Assembly: GCA_029260035.1 (NCBI GenBank)
Contig: JAJDEA010000252.1
Location: 1,125 to 65,124, forward strand
DNA from: Phycisphaerae bacterium
GTDB taxonomy: Bacteria; Planctomycetota; Phycisphaerae; UBA1845
Direction of reading: 5' to 3'
Length of the DNA: 64,000 bases
A program made the translations under genes and the position numbers. Below are positions 1 to 9,332 of this stretch, in pieces (positions within the stretch are counted from its first letter, which is position 1; each line of letters begins with the position of its first letter). The notes under the pieces were generated by a model. That model ran no database searches. It was not told the origin of the DNA and worked only from the letters and a program-made list of their open reading frames with translations.

Positions 1-1
1 T

Positions 2-1303
2 TCCTTTTACGAAATCAGCATGAGCAAGGACGCGCTTCAGGAAAGGAATCGTCGTTTTGACAGGCTCGATCACAAATTCATGCAAACATCGCTGCATACA
101 CCGGATCGACTCATCACGCGTGGGTTGATGAACAATCACCTTGGCAATCAGTGAATCATATCGAGGAGAAATACGACACATTTCGTGCGCATAGGAATCA
201 ACTCGAACGCCGAACCCGCCGGGCGGACGATATTTCTCAATCATACCAGCGCAGGGCCTAAAGTTGTGTGCCGGATCTTCGGCATTGATTCGGCACTCCA
301 AGGCATGACCACGGGGGTCGACTTGTCTTTGCGTGATACCAAGAGGCTCGTTCGCCGCGACCCGAATCTGCGCTTTGATAAGATCGAAATCCGTCACCAT
401 CTCCGAGACGGGGTGCTCGACCTGAATTCGCGTGTTTACTTCGATAAAATAGTACTTGCCCTTTTTGTCTACAAGAAACTCGACCGTCCCCGCACTCGTA
501 TAGCCGGCAGCCTTCACAAGTCGAACGGCGGATGCGCACAATTCCTTTCGGGTTTTCGCATCGATACTCGGCGACGGTGATTCTTCCATCAACTTTTGGT
601 AGCGACGCTGCACGGTGCAATCGCGTTCGCCCAAATGCACGATGTTGTTGTTGTGGTCGGCAATGATCTGAACCTCAACGTGCCTTGGCTCCTCGATGAA
701 TTTTTCGAGATATACGTCGGAACTGCCGAACGCACCCAGTGATTCCTGCTGAGCCTGCTTGATTGCATCCAACAGTTCACCCTTCTGGCGAACAATACGC
801 ATTCCGCGTCCACCGCCTCCCGCAGACGCCTTAATCATGACAGGGAAACCGACTTTTAGCGCAAACTTGAGCGTCTCGTCATCGTTTTCAAGAATTCCTT
901 CCGTACCCGGAACAATAGGCACTTTCGCCTTCTTCGCGATCGAACGTGCCGTTGCTTTGTCGCCCAAAAGACGCATAGCCTCAGCGGTGGGGCCTATGAA
1001 TTCGATATTGGAGGCGCGACATTTTTCAGCAAACGCCGCATTCTCAGCCAGGAAACCATAACCAGGGTGTATGGCATCCGCACCGGCGATTTCAGCTGAA
1101 GCGATGATTCGCTCGCTCTTGAGATAGCTATCTTTGGGTGCGCCGGTCCCGATACAAATTGCCCGATCAGCAACATCAAGATAGGCCGCTCCGCGATCCT
1201 CATCGGAATAGATGCACACGGTTTCAATGCCGAGTTCGCGACATGCGCGAATAACCCGCAGTGCGATTTCACCTCGATTGGCTATGAGAACTCGTCGAAA
1301 CAT
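2..1303 (-). CDS. accC: Acetyl-CoA carboxylase biotin carboxylase subunit (3' end runs off the window)
   Basis: Not in the ORF track because the window holds no stop. Hand translation from ATG at 1303 gives MFRRVLIANRGEIALR, the later IHPGYGFLAENA and EVNTRIQVEHPV motifs, and ...IKTTIPFLKRVLAHADFVKG at the edge. Lies directly downstream of accB. Confidence 0.97.
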   Translation of the reverse strand, partial: MFRRVLIANRGEIALRVIRACRELGIETVCIYSDEDRGAAYLDVADRAICIGTGAPKDSYLKSERIIASAEIAGADAIHPGYGFLAENAAFAEKCRASNIEFIGPTAEAMRLLGDKATARSIAKKAKVPIVPGTEGILENDDETLKFALKVGFPVMIKASAGGGGRGMRIVRQKGELLDAIKQAQQESLGAFGSSDVYLEKFIEEPRHVEVQIIADHNNNIVHLGERDCTVQRRYQKLMEESPSPSIDAKTRKELCASAVRLVKAAGYTSAGTVEFLVDKKGKYYFIEVNTRIQVEHPVSEMVTDFDLIKAQIRVAANEPLGITQRQVDPRGHALECRINAEDPAHNFRPCAGMIEKYRPPGGFGVRVDSYAHEMCRISPRYDSLIAKVIVHQPTRDESIRCMQRCLHEFVIEPVKTTIPFLKRVLAHADFVKG

Positions 1304-1380
1304 CGATCTTTAGGCCACTCTACTTGATATATGTCGAAATAAGAATCGTTTTGACAATGATCGCTTGGATGCGTGAATCA

Positions 1381-1851
1381 TCACTGTGGATGGACCAGAA
1401 AAAGAGGCTGTCCAAACTCAACCGGCTCGCCGTCCTTTACAACTATCTGCTCAATTGTCCCGGAGATTTCCGACTTGATTTCATTGAACACTTTCATCGC
1501 TTCAAGGATGCACACAACAGTGCCCGCCTGAACTTGCTGTCCAATCTTCACAAACGTTGCGGATTCCGGGTCAGGCTTGGAATAAAATGTGCCCACCATC
1601 GGCGATGTGATTTCCTCTAGCTGCGAGTCTTTCTCAGATGTCGCATCCTGCTTGCTAACTGGAATGGGCGCCGCAGACGGAATCGGGGCGAGCGCCGCGG
1701 GTTGCGTAAGAATCTCAGGCGAGCACCCGCCTGAAGTTACGCTTGGACGCCGCAGGTTAATTTCCTCTTCGCCATCGCGCAGAGAAATCTCCACAAGGTC
1801 ATTCGCGACCATCATTTCTACAAGTTTTTGATTCTTCTTGACATCCAACAA
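1381..1851 (-). CDS. accB: Acetyl-CoA carboxylase biotin carboxyl carrier protein
   Basis: [10 protein letters not shown] and [10 protein letters not shown] biotinylation motif, Pro/Ala linker, VEFGQPLF end. Start moved from 1893 to TTG 1851, which follows a GGAG Shine-Dalgarno. Confidence 0.96.
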   Translation of the reverse strand: MLDVKKNQKLVEMMVANDLVEISLRDGEEEINLRRPSVTSGGCSPEILTQPAALAPIPSAAPIPVSKQDATSEKDSQLEEITSPMVGTFYSKPDPESATFVKIGQQVQAGTVVCILEAMKVFNEIKSEISGTIEQIVVKDGEPVEFGQPLFLVHPQ

Positions 1852-1899
1852 GGCAACAACTCCAACTGAAAGTGTGGCAGCCTTCGTACGCAACCGGAA

Positions 1900-3009
1900 T
1901 CAAATAACCCAGTCGTCTATCTTCTTACCAAGCCGAGATAGACTCTGGTAACCACTCTTCGTTACAAGTACGTCATCTTCGATTCGCACACCACCGACGC
2001 CCGGCAGATAGATCCCGGGTTCAACCGTGACCAGCATTCCCGCCGCTAACTTTTGCTCGGACCGCCAGCTCAACGATGGACTTTCATGCACATCCAACCC
2101 TAATCCATGACCAAGGCCATGATTGAACGCTTCTTTATACCCAGCTTCGGAGATAAAGTCTCGCGCTATCGCATCCACTTCGCACATACGCACGCCTGGA
2201 CGAATTGCCTTGATCGAGCGAACCTGAGCCTCCAACACAATCTCATAGATCTCACGAATCTTGCGCGGGATGCTACCGACGAACACTATACGGGTCAAAT
2301 CGCTGCAATAATTCTCAACGCGCGCGCCCCAATCGAAAAGAATCGCACTCCCCTTCTTCACTTTTCGACGGCCAGGGCTTGCATGAGGAAGCGCCCCATT
2401 CGCACCCTCAGCACAAATCGTCGGAAATGACGGCCCCGACGCCCCTCGCCGTTTCATTTCGTACTCGAGCCGGGCAGCCATTTCTAATTCTGTCTGACCC
2501 ACCCGAATTGTCGCGACCATTGCCTTGAACGAATCCTGAGCCACCCGAATCGCTTTTTTCATAGCGGCTAATTCATGTGCATCTTTGAACAGCCGCATAT
2601 CCGCAGTAAAAGGGGGCGCAGCCGAGAGCACGGTCCCTCGGCTGAGTTTACGAATCTCGGCATGGTCAGCCACCGTAAGTTGATTTGTTTGCACCGCCAG
2701 CGATTTGATTTTCAGTTTCTTACAAACCGTCGCAATTTCAGGATTCAACAGGCCTTTGCGCATCCATCTCGTAGCCCAGGGACATTCCTGATTGATGGTT
2801 TCGTCAAATCGACCATCACTAATGACATGCACTTTCTTGTCTTGAATAAGGACCGCAGAGTCTTCGCCGGTGAATCCCGTAAGGTAATAGTAGTCGCGGC
2901 GATTGGATACCAAATAGGCGCCAACCCCCGCCTTCCTCATGCGCCTTCGGCACTGAGACAATCGACTCTTGGTAAGTAGCGATGGTCCGCGTGTCTTCTT
3001 CTTAGCCAT
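1900..3009 (-). CDS. Xaa-Pro aminopeptidase, M24 family (PepQ/YpdF-like)
   Basis: Creatinase-like N domain (YLTGFTG, DGRF). Metal ligands in DWG, YCSDLTR, HGLGHGLGLDVHE, TVEPGIY, GVRIEDD. Confidence 0.93.
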   Translation of the reverse strand: MAKKKTRGPSLLTKSRLSQCRRRMRKAGVGAYLVSNRRDYYYLTGFTGEDSAVLIQDKKVHVISDGRFDETINQECPWATRWMRKGLLNPEIATVCKKLKIKSLAVQTNQLTVADHAEIRKLSRGTVLSAAPPFTADMRLFKDAHELAAMKKAIRVAQDSFKAMVATIRVGQTELEMAARLEYEMKRRGASGPSFPTICAEGANGALPHASPGRRKVKKGSAILFDWGARVENYCSDLTRIVFVGSIPRKIREIYEIVLEAQVRSIKAIRPGVRMCEVDAIARDFISEAGYKEAFNHGLGHGLGLDVHESPSLSWRSEQKLAAGMLVTVEPGIYLPGVGGVRIEDDVLVTKSGYQSLSRLGKKIDDWVI

Positions 3010-3248
3010 ACCAGCGTCCTATCCGTGCAACAGGTTTTCGGCTCTACCTATAAATGATGAAAGAACAAGTGAAGCGACGATCCTGATATGATGAAAGGTA
3101 TCCGCCTCGGTGTCAAAGAAGCAGGTGAGGATCAGTTCCAACGTGTTGGCCAGAAACACACAACTTGGGTATCTTGGTATTCTGAGAGACACTTGAGCAA
3201 TGTCCGGAGGAATCTCGTACCAATCGTGACGGGTCGAAGGAAACCGCT

Positions 3249-4073
3249 ATGCTGAACAAAACTGCATTGATACACGATATCAAGATCGGTCAAAATCGCC
3301 CGATCGTCTTGATCGCCGGGCCATGTGTGATCGAATCACGAGACCATACGCTCAGTCTCGCAAAATCTATCCACCAGATTTGCGAGAAGCGAAGGATTCC
3401 TCTTGTGTTTAAGGCGAGTTTCGATAAAGCCAATCGTTCCAGCATAAAAAGCTTTCGAGGTCCGGGGTTAGACGAAGGATTGTCCATTCTCGCCTTTGTC
3501 CGCAACGAACTAAACCTTCCGGTTCTTTCCGACATCCACGAAGCTGGACACGCAGCCTCTGCTGGCGAGGTGCTCGACTGCCTCCAAATTCCCGCGTTCC
3601 TTTGCAGGCAAACTGATCTGCTTTCAGCAGCTGCTCAAACTGGAAAATGCGTCAATGTGAAAAAGGGGCAGTTCATGTCAGCCGAAGAGATGGCCAACGT
3701 CGTCGCCAAGCTGACAGAGTCAAATTGCAGCAATTCTCTCCTGACGGAGCGAGGCACGTTTTTTGGCTACAACCGTCTCGTCAACGACATGACCGCCATT
3801 TCGAAGATGCAGGAATTCGCACCGGTGGTTTTCGATGCAACGCACAGCTGTCAACTTCCTGGAGCAGCTGGCACGCAAAGTGGCGGTCAACGTCAATACG
3901 TTGGCACGCTCGCAAAAGCCGCGGTAGCAGCAGGCGCGGATGCACTGTTTTTGGAAGTCCATGACGACCCCAAAAATGCAAAAAGCGACGCTGCGACGGT
4001 CTTGCCTTTGGAGCAGCTCGATCCCCTACTCGAAGAAGTTCTACGAGTCGCGGACGCGGTACGCAATTCATAG
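3249..4073 (+). CDS. kdsA: KDO-8-phosphate synthase (3-deoxy-8-phosphooctulonate synthase)
   Basis: IAGPCVIES, FKASFDKANRSS, QIPAFLCRQTDL, KKGQF, FDATHS, LEVHDDP and KSD motifs. AAGGA Shine-Dalgarno upstream. Confidence 0.97.
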   Translation: MLNKTALIHDIKIGQNRPIVLIAGPCVIESRDHTLSLAKSIHQICEKRRIPLVFKASFDKANRSSIKSFRGPGLDEGLSILAFVRNELNLPVLSDIHEAGHAASAGEVLDCLQIPAFLCRQTDLLSAAAQTGKCVNVKKGQFMSAEEMANVVAKLTESNCSNSLLTERGTFFGYNRLVNDMTAISKMQEFAPVVFDATHSCQLPGAAGTQSGGQRQYVGTLAKAAVAAGADALFLEVHDDPKNAKSDAATVLPLEQLDPLLEEVLRVADAVRNS

Positions 4074-4244
4074 CGACGGTTTGTTGCACCTTATTCGGAG
4101 CAACATGCGTAGTGCCAGGGATTGCACGGCCAAAAAAATCTCCCGAGCGGCGGGTCGAAACCCACGGCTCAGGAGATTCTCACATGACTGCTTTTCAACG
4201 AACTGCCCTATGGCCTCGCTGCAGGAACTTTTTCAATTACAAGA

Positions 4245-5564
4245 TCATGACACTTGAACCTTCTTGTCTTCAGCTTTGACCCCTCCTCCATTCGACGCAA
4301 GCCCGGCACTTTGAAGAACTTGCTCATAGGCAGAACAGATTCGGTCGGCTTTCTTGCTCCATGTGAAATGCTCCTGAATTGTCTCGACACACGATTGCGA
4401 CATGCTATCCAGCTTCGCGGGAGATTTCGCCAATTCAACCAACGCGATGCGAAGACTCGATATCATGGCATCTTTTGATCCGAGTGGTATTGGCACGCCT
4501 GTGCTTTCGTCAATGTACTCGCCGGGGCCGCCGTAGTTAATTACAACGCAAGGCAACCCACATGCCATGGCTTCGAGAACAACCGCCCCACCGAACTCCT
4601 TGATGCTGGGCAAGACAAAAATCGAAGAACGATGAAACCATTTTACAATTTCGTTTTGAGGCAACCAGCCCGGCCATTCTATCCTGTCGGCGATGCCAAG
4701 TTCTTCTGCAAGCGATTCGAGGTCTGAACGAATCGGGCCATCACCGATCAGTGCTACCATGCTATCCTTTGGGAGATCGGCATCGGCGAACGCTCGCAAC
4801 AGCATATCGATCCCCTTGAGAGGAACGAACCTTCCCACAAAAACTGCACGAAACGGCTTGACTTCGGATGGCGGTCTTCGCCCCTCCGCATTGAATCGTG
4901 CCAAATTAACGGCATTTTCCGGAAGATAAACGGTGTTGTCACGCCCGCTGGCTGGGATCGTAGACTGCGTGTACTTGGAGCCAACGAATATACATTTTGC
5001 CCGCTTGTATGTGGAACGCACATAGGGAAGGACTCGATACAGGTTGCGGAGATAGCTCAGCCATTCCATTTCCGCAAGCCGGGTTTTGGTGGTTCCCTTG
5101 GGCCACGGCAGGCCGCCGTTGATCGGCCCAAAGACAAATGGAACGTCAGTCCAACGTGCGATGGGGCTTGGGAGTGTTGGGGTCACCGGTGTAATACGAT
5201 GCACAATGTCGAACTCGCCCGCGTTGAGCGCATCACGAAATCGCCGGTAGACGAGCTTTTCAAAATACAGGTAAGGTATCCATCGGCTCGCCTGTTTCGT
5301 CGTCCACCCCAATCCCCGACCGAAAGTAAGCCAACGGCTGACTCGGTGGAATGGAGCTGCAACGCGCTCGGAGTTGATGAACTCAATGCGAAAATCCGCA
5401 GGGACGTGTCGTTGAATGGCAGCCTTGTTACGGATTTGCGTCACTAATGTGACATTCGCCTTTTCTGCCAACGCACGATAAAGATTGTAGCCTACGAGCG
5501 GGACCGATTGCCACTCAGGGTTGCATGCTTCCGCGAGAAGTAGTACTCGTGTCTTCTTGCTCAT
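4245..5564 (-). CDS. Glycosyltransferase family 4
   Basis: GT-B motifs FVGRFVPLKG and PSIKEFGGAVVLEAMACGLP (EX7E). Confidence 0.92.
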   Translation of the reverse strand: MSKKTRVLLLAEACNPEWQSVPLVGYNLYRALAEKANVTLVTQIRNKAAIQRHVPADFRIEFINSERVAAPFHRVSRWLTFGRGLGWTTKQASRWIPYLYFEKLVYRRFRDALNAGEFDIVHRITPVTPTLPSPIARWTDVPFVFGPINGGLPWPKGTTKTRLAEMEWLSYLRNLYRVLPYVRSTYKRAKCIFVGSKYTQSTIPASGRDNTVYLPENAVNLARFNAEGRRPPSEVKPFRAVFVGRFVPLKGIDMLLRAFADADLPKDSMVALIGDGPIRSDLESLAEELGIADRIEWPGWLPQNEIVKWFHRSSIFVLPSIKEFGGAVVLEAMACGLPCVVINYGGPGEYIDESTGVPIPLGSKDAMISSLRIALVELAKSPAKLDSMSQSCVETIQEHFTWSKKADRICSAYEQVLQSAGLASNGGGVKAEDKKVQVS

Positions 5565-5624
5565 GGAAAAATGTTATTTGCAAAGGTGCAGAGTGAAATG
5601 CGTGGCCCGCATGATTGAGTCGAA

Positions 5625-6497
5625 CTATTCACGAATCGCCTTAACGTAGATCGTTCTACCCAGCGCAGGGAAGGGCCAGCTCGTCAGGGGAAGTACCGCA
5701 AGTGGCGGTTGATCTTTGGTGTTGGCGCCGTCTCTTTGACGATCATCCTTGAGCGAGAACCATCTTTGCATGTCCAGCACAACGCCGTCACTACCGACGG
5801 AAACAGTCCGGAATCCTGCGTTGGCCAATAGTTCCTTGAGGAGCCGAACCGTGTACACTCGAATGTGCTGATGGCCCACGACGCCTCGATCCATAGTCAG
5901 CGGATGCAAGTCCTTACCAAGTGGAACGCGGAAGCGATTGCCAAGGTAGGCGAGATTGGGCGTCGTCACGATGATATGCCCGCCCCTTCGGCACACCTTG
6001 CCCAACCTGGTAAATGCATCTTGTGCATCCAACAGGTGTTCAATCACTTCGCCGATGAAGATCAGGTCGTATTTGTCTGGCTGTTGCGAATCAAAAGTCG
6101 CCGGCACAGGAATTTCATCTACGGTGATATCGCAAACCGCACCGTCCTTAATCAACTTCGCTTTTCGACAATGCTCAACGTACTCTCCCGCGATATCGAT
6201 TCCGTAAACCGTTTTTCCCCAACGGCCGAATTTCTCCGCCAGGTCTCCCGTGCGCACTCCGACATCCAATAGGTTTTCACCCGAATCTCGGCAAGCTTGT
6301 TTCAGCCAATGAATTTTTGGCCAGTCTTCGTCAGCATAAGTGAACAGCCTGGACCGCAACATGGGCCACAATAGAGAGCCTATTAAGCCTCGTGGTCGAA
6401 AAGAGGCGGAACGTGTTGAATCGTCTTCCTGGACGTCCAACTCTGCCCGTGCGAATTCACTCCAGAGTTTAGCTTGATCTGAATCAGGCTGATTCAC
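5625..6497 (-). CDS. Class I SAM-dependent methyltransferase
   Basis: LLDVGVRTG (atypical motif I), YGIDI, YDLIFIGEVIEHL, GGHIIVTTPN, HIRVYT...LLANAGF. GTG start. Confidence 0.88.
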   Translation of the reverse strand: MNQPDSDQAKLWSEFARAELDVQEDDSTRSASFRPRGLIGSLLWPMLRSRLFTYADEDWPKIHWLKQACRDSGENLLDVGVRTGDLAEKFGRWGKTVYGIDIAGEYVEHCRKAKLIKDGAVCDITVDEIPVPATFDSQQPDKYDLIFIGEVIEHLLDAQDAFTRLGKVCRRGGHIIVTTPNLAYLGNRFRVPLGKDLHPLTMDRGVVGHQHIRVYTVRLLKELLANAGFRTVSVGSDGVVLDMQRWFSLKDDRQRDGANTKDQPPLAVLPLTSWPFPALGRTIYVKAIRE

Positions 6498-6518
6498 AAT
6501 AGGTTGCCCCTGCGGGTC

Positions 6519-7775
6519 TCAGTTAACATGAACGTGTTGGCGAATGAGTTCAGCGCGTTTCTTATGACACGCTTCAAACGTGTTTTGCAAAGCCGTCAGC
6601 TTTCCGGCTCTTATAACTTCCTGACACAAGCGCCGGTTTGAGTCCAGTTCGCTCATCCCCTCCGCAAGTGCGGCGATGGACCCGTGTTCACACACAATCC
6701 CATTCTCACGATGCTTGAGTAACGGTTCCAGAGCGCGATTCTCATAACATATGACCGCGGTCCCCAAAGCCATGCCAAGAAGTACATTTCTGCTGATTTC
6801 ATCGGTCAAATTGCAGACGACAAGTGCGTGATGTTCGCGAATAAGCGTGAACATCGGGTCGCCGTATTCAACGACCCCCTCGAATTTAACAAACTCACCT
6901 AAACGAAGCTTCTCCACCTGTTTACGAAGTTTGTCGTTTTCCGATCCGGTCCCCACGATGGTCAATCGAACATCTGCCCCACCACCCCTGACGCGCTTAA
7001 TGGCATCGATCGCATCACCAACACCCTTCATCGGATGTAAACGGCCAGCCATGATTAACCGCAATGGAGCTCTTGAACGAATCGCGGCACACTTGGAAGC
7101 CAACTGCTCTTCCGAAACGACCATCCCATGCTCAACGAACGATCGGGAAAAGGTATGCGAACGGCGAGCAAAATTCTGAAACCGCCTCGCCGTTACGGGA
7201 TTGTGGAAGAAGACAAAATCAGCCTTCCTCGCAGCATTCATTGCAAACCGGTTGAATTGGCGGCACAGCGTATAAGTAGCCAGCTTTTTATACCATGACT
7301 TGTCCCGCCTCATTTTTTCGTAGTATCGCCCAATTGGATCCGCTCCATCCCCCAGGAAAAGAACGGTCGGCTTGGCTAATTTGCTTGCCCAATAAAAAGC
7401 GATTTGGCCGGGAGCGATTGGCCACCCCCCTGTATCAATATGAACAACCCTCGCCCTTTCTACATATTCTCGAAGGCTTCGAAACAACTGTGATCGCTTC
7501 GCAAGATAGGTCTGCGCCGAGTTGTATGACGGGATCGGAAGGAATCGAAGTTGCTCGTCGTCCGGCGAGACCCGTTCAAGCGAGAAACTGCCCGTAGACG
7601 TTGGGCTTAGGTCCTGACGCGTGGATTCCGGCGCTGCAATTGTGATTGGTCCAAGCTGCTCGGCCATCCCACGCAAGTCTTTGATCCACATATCGCCCGT
7701 CCAAACCGAGCCGTCAGCATCCCGCGCAAAAGGGATATGGATCGTTACAAGGTATTCAATAGTATCACCGGGCAT
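6519..7775 (-). CDS. Glycosyltransferase family 4 (degenerate EX7E)
   Basis: MAGRLHPMKG, LTIVGTG and MALGTAVI mark the GT-B C-terminal domain. Confidence 0.85.
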   Translation of the reverse strand: MPGDTIEYLVTIHIPFARDADGSVWTGDMWIKDLRGMAEQLGPITIAAPESTRQDLSPTSTGSFSLERVSPDDEQLRFLPIPSYNSAQTYLAKRSQLFRSLREYVERARVVHIDTGGWPIAPGQIAFYWASKLAKPTVLFLGDGADPIGRYYEKMRRDKSWYKKLATYTLCRQFNRFAMNAARKADFVFFHNPVTARRFQNFARRSHTFSRSFVEHGMVVSEEQLASKCAAIRSRAPLRLIMAGRLHPMKGVGDAIDAIKRVRGGGADVRLTIVGTGSENDKLRKQVEKLRLGEFVKFEGVVEYGDPMFTLIREHHALVVCNLTDEISRNVLLGMALGTAVICYENRALEPLLKHRENGIVCEHGSIAALAEGMSELDSNRRLCQEVIRAGKLTALQNTFEACHKKRAELIRQHVHVN

Positions 7776-7888
7776 GATAGGGCTGCAAAGTGCTAATAAG
7801 GTGTCATTTCCAGTTTATAGTGTTTCGATACGACTTACGAAGAAAACGATTAATTGGCGGCTACAAGAATAAGGAGACATCTCTGAAC

Positions 7889-9322
7889 TCAATCGATGTA
7901 ACCCAGCGCGCGAAGTCGTTCCAACACCGACTCGTCGATTTTCTCGTTCACACTACCACCATCGCCCTCTATCTGATAAGGCTTGTCATGCATATGTGCG
8001 TCAAGCCGGGCAGCAAGTTCCCGCGCGACATCCGGATGCCGATCAGCCACTGAGACGATTTCTGCGGGATCATTCCGCAAATCGAAAAGCTCCGGCTCCC
8101 CTGTTTCATAATTAACATATCGCCAATCGCGCGAACGAACGGCTGCCATATCTCCGCCCCACCGACCCGGCTCAAAATCTGGATTGATATTCTTGAACAT
8201 TTTCAGCGTCCCAGTTTGAACCGGAAACTCACTGAATGCATATTCCAAGCCATGCCAATCGGAATCCGTTGCTTGCACCAAACTGTTTGGGCAATCCTCC
8301 GGAGAACCATCGCTTATAGTCGAGACATCTAGACAGGTGTCGTGGATCGCATGTAACGGCACCAACGCCTGCGACCTCGTACCTGCTTTCCATAACTTCG
8401 GATAGCGTACAATAAGTGGCACGCGCGTCATGAAGTCACTCAAGCTGAATCCATGCCCCCAGACATCCTGTTCGCCAAAACCTTCTCCGTGGTCCGCACA
8501 GATCATTAATACGGTATCATCCAGGCGATTCGTCGAACGCAGCCAATCGACCAGAAATCCAACCCACCGATCCGCATGTTTGATTTCCGCATCATAGAGG
8601 TCATTGGCAATCTGCATTTGACTTGGCGACAGTTGTTCGCCGTTTGCCATAAGTCTTGCAAACATCTGCCGGCCATTGATTCGATTCAAGAACTCTCGGA
8701 CGTGCCGATTTTTCCCGCAAAACTCCAGCCTTTTGGGGTTATACATCGCATGTGGGTCCATCAGAATGACGAAGCCAAAAAACGGCTTGCCTGATGATTC
8801 GACAAGGTCCTTGACCGTGTGCATCGTTCGACCTGACTCGCCTTTATCGAGTGCCAGGATGCTTTTTCGATCGAACTTTCGGGCCGCGGACTCGCCGAGG
8901 TATTTGCGAACTCGGCCATACAAGCGACTGTGCCAACGAAGAAGCCAACCCTCCTGCGGGCCGACGAATGTATCGAACCCTTTGGCCCCGTTGGTTTCTT
9001 CGCTCACAAACGAATTATTCGAAACACAGAATGTCTCATAGCCTCGTTCCTTCAGTTTTTCAGGAAGTCGTCGCCAGGCATCCGGCCAAATACGAACGGT
9101 GTCGCCGTTCACGCCGTGCTGGTGCGGATGAAGATTACTAATAATCGACGCATAGGAGGCAGGGCTAAATGGCGCCGCACTAATAGCGCTATCAAAAACG
9201 CATCCCTCGCGTGCAATCCGGCTTATGTTTGGAGCCGTCTCTCGCTCGTACCCGTAACAGGGCAAGTGGTCGGCACGAGCCGAATCCACAACCACGACCA
9301 GAATGTTAGGCTGTTTTTTCAT
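7889..9322 (-). CDS. Soluble sulfatase-like (alkaline-phosphatase superfamily) hydrolase/transferase
   Basis: PNILVVVVDSARADHL, LYDAEI...D, ADHGE..GE...WGH, RVPLI, ELFDL..DPAE. Ends ERLRALGYID. No signal peptide. Confidence 0.88.
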   Translation of the reverse strand: MKKQPNILVVVVDSARADHLPCYGYERETAPNISRIAREGCVFDSAISAAPFSPASYASIISNLHPHQHGVNGDTVRIWPDAWRRLPEKLKERGYETFCVSNNSFVSEETNGAKGFDTFVGPQEGWLLRWHSRLYGRVRKYLGESAARKFDRKSILALDKGESGRTMHTVKDLVESSGKPFFGFVILMDPHAMYNPKRLEFCGKNRHVREFLNRINGRQMFARLMANGEQLSPSQMQIANDLYDAEIKHADRWVGFLVDWLRSTNRLDDTVLMICADHGEGFGEQDVWGHGFSLSDFMTRVPLIVRYPKLWKAGTRSQALVPLHAIHDTCLDVSTISDGSPEDCPNSLVQATDSDWHGLEYAFSEFPVQTGTLKMFKNINPDFEPGRWGGDMAAVRSRDWRYVNYETGEPELFDLRNDPAEIVSVADRHPDVARELAARLDAHMHDKPYQIEGDGGSVNEKIDESVLERLRALGYID

Positions 9323-9332
9323 TTTCGACGTT

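Noticed and set aside
185..1272. Several short ORFs (185..580, 258..620, 759..1061, 994..1272)
   Set aside because: They are antisense or off-frame shadows of accC, which the track missed because its stop is outside the window.
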